This document shows positions 36,678 to 39,150 of a DNA stretch of 39,150 nucleotides, in pieces. The stretch comes from an uncultured Rhizobiaceae bacterium. Its GTDB lineage: Bacteria > Pseudomonadota > Alphaproteobacteria > CADEGL01. Positions within the stretch are counted from its first letter, which is position 1. Each line of letters begins with the position of its first letter. Both the position numbers and the translations under genes were made by a program. Under the pieces are notes generated by a model that was not told the DNA's origin, did no database searches, and worked only from the letters and a program-made list of their open reading frames with translations. The stretch is from positions 1 to 39,150 of the forward strand of contig CAYZFH010000002.1 in assembly GCA_964477375.1 (NCBI GenBank), in the 5' to 3' direction.

Positions 36678-37562
36678 CTAGGAACGGATGAGCGAGGTCG
36701 CCTCGATGATGGCCGCGGTCAGCTTGCCCATATGGCGGGCCAGCTGACGGAAATACGGTCGTCGCTCGAGGCTGTCTTCGTCGAGATAGAGAGCACGGTT
36801 GATCTCGATCTGAAGAGCGTGGACGCCCTCGGTCGGGCGTCCGTAATGACGGGTCGTGTAGCCGCCCGCGTAAGGAATGTTGCGCGTGACGTTATAGCCC
36901 ATGTCGGTCAGGGCGGCCTCAGCGGCGTCCACCAGGCCGGGGTTGCAGCTCGTGCCGTGGCAATCGCCCAGCACGAAGTCGACGCGCTGGCGTCCCGCGT
37001 CCCGGTCCATCGGCCCGCCGATGGAGGGCATCGAATGGCAGTCGACCAGAAGGCAAGTGCCGAAGCGCGCCCGCGTCCGCATGATCAGCCCGGCCAGGGC
37101 GGCGTGGTAGGGGCGGTGATTCCGCTCGATCCAGGCGGCGGCCTGAGCGAAGGGCAGCTTCTCGCCGTAAATCTCTTCGCCATTGGTCACGAGCCGCGCG
37201 ATCGTGCCGAGCCCGGCGCTGACACGCGGCGACGTCGTGTTGACGTAGTCGGGCAAGACGTCTTGGAACATCGAGGGGTCCAGCTCGAACGGCTCGCGGT
37301 TGGGGTCGACGAAGGCGCGCGGGAAATGGGCCCGCAGCAGGGGCACGCCCAGTTGCGGCGCCGCGCCGAACAGCTCGTCGATATAGCAATCCTCGGACTT
37401 GCGCAGGACGGGAAGCGGCAGCCGCGAGGCCTTGAGGAACTCCGGCCGGTAGTCGCGGCCGCTGTGCGGCGAGGCCAGCACGACGGGCGCCGCCTGGGCA
37501 ACGGGGGCTAGGATGTCGTAAGCCGGACAATCCTCGGCGACGATTTCGACGGCCGCATCCAT
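36678..37562 (-). CDS. N-formylglutamate amidohydrolase (FGase/HutG-like) family protein
   Basis: 294 aa. LASPHSGRDY near the N-terminus and DCHSMPS later are typical of the FGase family. Confidence 0.7.
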   Translation of the reverse strand: MDAAVEIVAEDCPAYDILAPVAQAAPVVLASPHSGRDYRPEFLKASRLPLPVLRKSEDCYIDELFGAAPQLGVPLLRAHFPRAFVDPNREPFELDPSMFQDVLPDYVNTTSPRVSAGLGTIARLVTNGEEIYGEKLPFAQAAAWIERNHRPYHAALAGLIMRTRARFGTCLLVDCHSMPSIGGPMDRDAGRQRVDFVLGDCHGTSCNPGLVDAAEAALTDMGYNVTRNIPYAGGYTTRHYGRPTEGVHALQIEINRALYLDEDSLERRPYFRQLARHMGKLTAAIIEATSLIRS

Positions 37563-37763
37563 GGGATTTTTCGTTTAAAGGATTCCGCCCTTCCTGTCAC
37601 CCGCGCCGAGGTGCGGTGCCCATGAACCCGCATGATTTTCAGGGGTTTTTGCTCGTGATTCGCATAGTTTGATGAAATCAGAACTAATAATTTAAAAGGA
37701 TAAAATTTATCGGCGTTACGCGAAGGAGCACGCTGACCTTCTTCCGCGCCTTTGAGGTGGACC

Positions 37764-38711
37764 ATGGAAAATTGGATGTTCCGGCGGGATCTGATCGATG
37801 CCCGCACGTTGCGCGCCCTCTCGCGGCGCTCGGATGCCAAGGGCGCCGTTCGGCTCTTCAGCCAGTACGCCGCCATGGCGGCAACCGGCACGGGCATTTT
37901 CTTCCTATGGGGCACCTGGTGGTGCGTGCCGGTGTTCCTCGCCCATGGCGTATTGCTGTTCGCCTACGGCTATGCCGGCCAGCATGAGCTGGTTCACCGC
38001 ACGGCCTTCCAGACGCGGCAGCTCAACGATTTGGCCGCCCACGTGGCCAGCTTCATCCGCCTCTTTCCGACGGAGTACCAGCGCAGTTGGCACTTCGCCC
38101 ATCATCGCAACACGAAGGACCCGGATAAGGATTCGGAAATTCTCGGCGACGGCAAGCTGACGCTCGGCCGCTATCTGTGGTTCCTGGCCGGTATCGATTA
38201 TTGGACCTATCGCATCGGCGTCCTGCTGCGCGTGGCGCGGGGACGGAAGATCGAGCCGTTCCTGACGGATGAGGAATGGCCGGGCCTGGTGCGCGAAGCC
38301 CGCCTCTATCTCGCGGGTTACGCGCTGGTCGCGGCCGCCTCGATCGCCTTTCAGAGCTGGGCCGTGCTGATCTATTGGCTGGGGCCGTTGACGGTGGCGA
38401 CACCCTTCTATCGCGCCTATATCGCCACTGAACATTACGCCCGTCCCCAGGTGCCCGATGTCATCCTCAACACGCGCACGACCCATGCCGGGCCGGTCAT
38501 GCAGTGGCTGATGTGGAACATGCCCTATCACACCGAGCATCACCTGTTCCCGGGCGTGCCGTTTCACAAACTGGCCGAGCTGTCCCGCACCTTGCGGGCG
38601 GGCGAGAAATCACCGATGGCGCCCAACCGGATCGCGCGCAGCCATCTGGCCGTGAACTGGGAAATCTTCCGTGGGCTACTGCGCCGGGACCCTGCCTATA
38701 TGGTGCGCTAG
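37764..38711 (+). CDS. Membrane fatty-acid-desaturase-like di-iron oxygenase
   Basis: I prefer the ATG at 37764 after GAGGTGG. Three histidine boxes are present: HELVH, HFAHHRN and HTEHHLF. The N-terminus resembles the rhizopine-oxygenase (MocD)-like subgroup as I recall it, so the substrate may not be a lipid. Confidence 0.75.
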   Translation: MENWMFRRDLIDARTLRALSRRSDAKGAVRLFSQYAAMAATGTGIFFLWGTWWCVPVFLAHGVLLFAYGYAGQHELVHRTAFQTRQLNDLAAHVASFIRLFPTEYQRSWHFAHHRNTKDPDKDSEILGDGKLTLGRYLWFLAGIDYWTYRIGVLLRVARGRKIEPFLTDEEWPGLVREARLYLAGYALVAAASIAFQSWAVLIYWLGPLTVATPFYRAYIATEHYARPQVPDVILNTRTTHAGPVMQWLMWNMPYHTEHHLFPGVPFHKLAELSRTLRAGEKSPMAPNRIARSHLAVNWEIFRGLLRRDPAYMVR

Positions 38712-38783
38712 GGGAAGCGGCGCCGGTGGGGTTGAAGGGGCGGGTCTTGGATGGTACACCCCCGCCGCGCCACCCGACGGCAT

Positions 38784-38858
38784 GGGCCGGTAGCTCAGTG
38801 GGAGAGCACCTGTTTGACGTACAGGGGGTCGCAAGTTCAATCCTTGCCCGGCCCACCA
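38784..38858 (+). tRNA. tRNA-Val (anticodon GAC), CCA encoded
   Basis: Manual cloverleaf: acceptor GGGCCGG/CCGGCCC, D stem GCTC/GAGC, anticodon stem CCTGT/ACAGG with loop TTGACGT, 5-nt variable loop, T stem GCAAG/CTTGC with loop TTCAATC, discriminator A, CCA. Confidence 0.9.
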
Positions 38859-39008
38859 TCCATTCCCCCGCTTCTGCAGACCCTTGGCGCTCTCAAGCCC
38901 GGTCCAGTATAGTCCGCCCTCAATCGGCCCTGGACGTGCGGGGATATCCGCGGTCCAGAAATAAAAAATATAAGGGCCGCTTACGGTTTCGGGAGGTACA
39001 CGCCGGAA

Positions 39009-39056
39009 GGGCGGGTACGGTTGCTCCGGAAGGGGCGAGACCGGCCCGCCCTTTTC
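39009..39056 (+). terminator. Terminator-like hairpin downstream of tRNA-Val
   Basis: GGGCGGG..CGGT / ACCG.CCCGCCC stem (39009-39051) followed by TTTT. It lies about 150 nt after the tRNA 3' end. Confidence 0.45.
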
Positions 39057-39150
39057 GTTACGCGGGAAGCCTCCTGGCAATCCGCGCGCGCTGGTCTAAG
39101 CTTGCGCGGCCGGTTCTGGAGCCACCCAGGGTGGCCGGTTTCCGGAGAGG

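Noticed and set aside
38676-39080. 134-aa minus-strand ORF
   Set aside because: It runs straight through the tRNA-Val gene, and its translation is Pro/Gly-rich with no motifs.

Overview
High-GC (roughly mid-60s % by eye) chromosomal segment that looks alphaproteobacterial by gene content. It is densely coding and entirely metabolic/transport. I saw no transposase, integrase, phage, CRISPR, rRNA or recognisable defence genes. Left to right: (1) the start of a RidA-like gene. (2) Five tandem paralogous LivJ/LivK-type periplasmic binding-protein genes, each with its own hairpin terminator, followed by one livHMGF permease/ATPase set. (3) A plus-strand block with a DHDPS-family enzyme, a PuuC-like aldehyde dehydrogenase, an EamA/DMT transporter and four consecutive SDR oxidoreductases. 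It converges on a DAO-type FAD dehydrogenase that is divergent from a Cys/Cys proline-racemase-family epimerase. Together these give the four enzyme families of the bacterial 4-hydroxyproline pathway. (4) pxpABC (5-oxoprolinase) divergent from a LysR regulator, then a GMC oxidoreductase. (5) A split ComD/ComE-like TPP decarboxylase divergent from an acyl-CoA dehydrogenase. (6) A long minus-strand string: N-formylglutamate amidohydrolase family, PAT-type GNAT, agmatinase-family ureohydrolase, a four-gene Mla/MCE transporter with a STAS-MlaE fusion, and a signal-less gamma-glutamyltransferase. (7) A membrane di-iron desaturase-like gene and tRNA-Val(GAC). The features most worth follow-up are the 5x binding-protein array with conserved leader hairpins, the 4x SDR array interrupting the hydroxyproline genes, the MCE module translationally coupled to nitrogen-metabolism enzymes, the ComDE/GMC/ACAD trio, a perfect 16-bp palindrome in a divergent promoter, and a REP/MITE-like intergenic element. 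All product calls rest on motif and family recognition by eye; no database search was possible.
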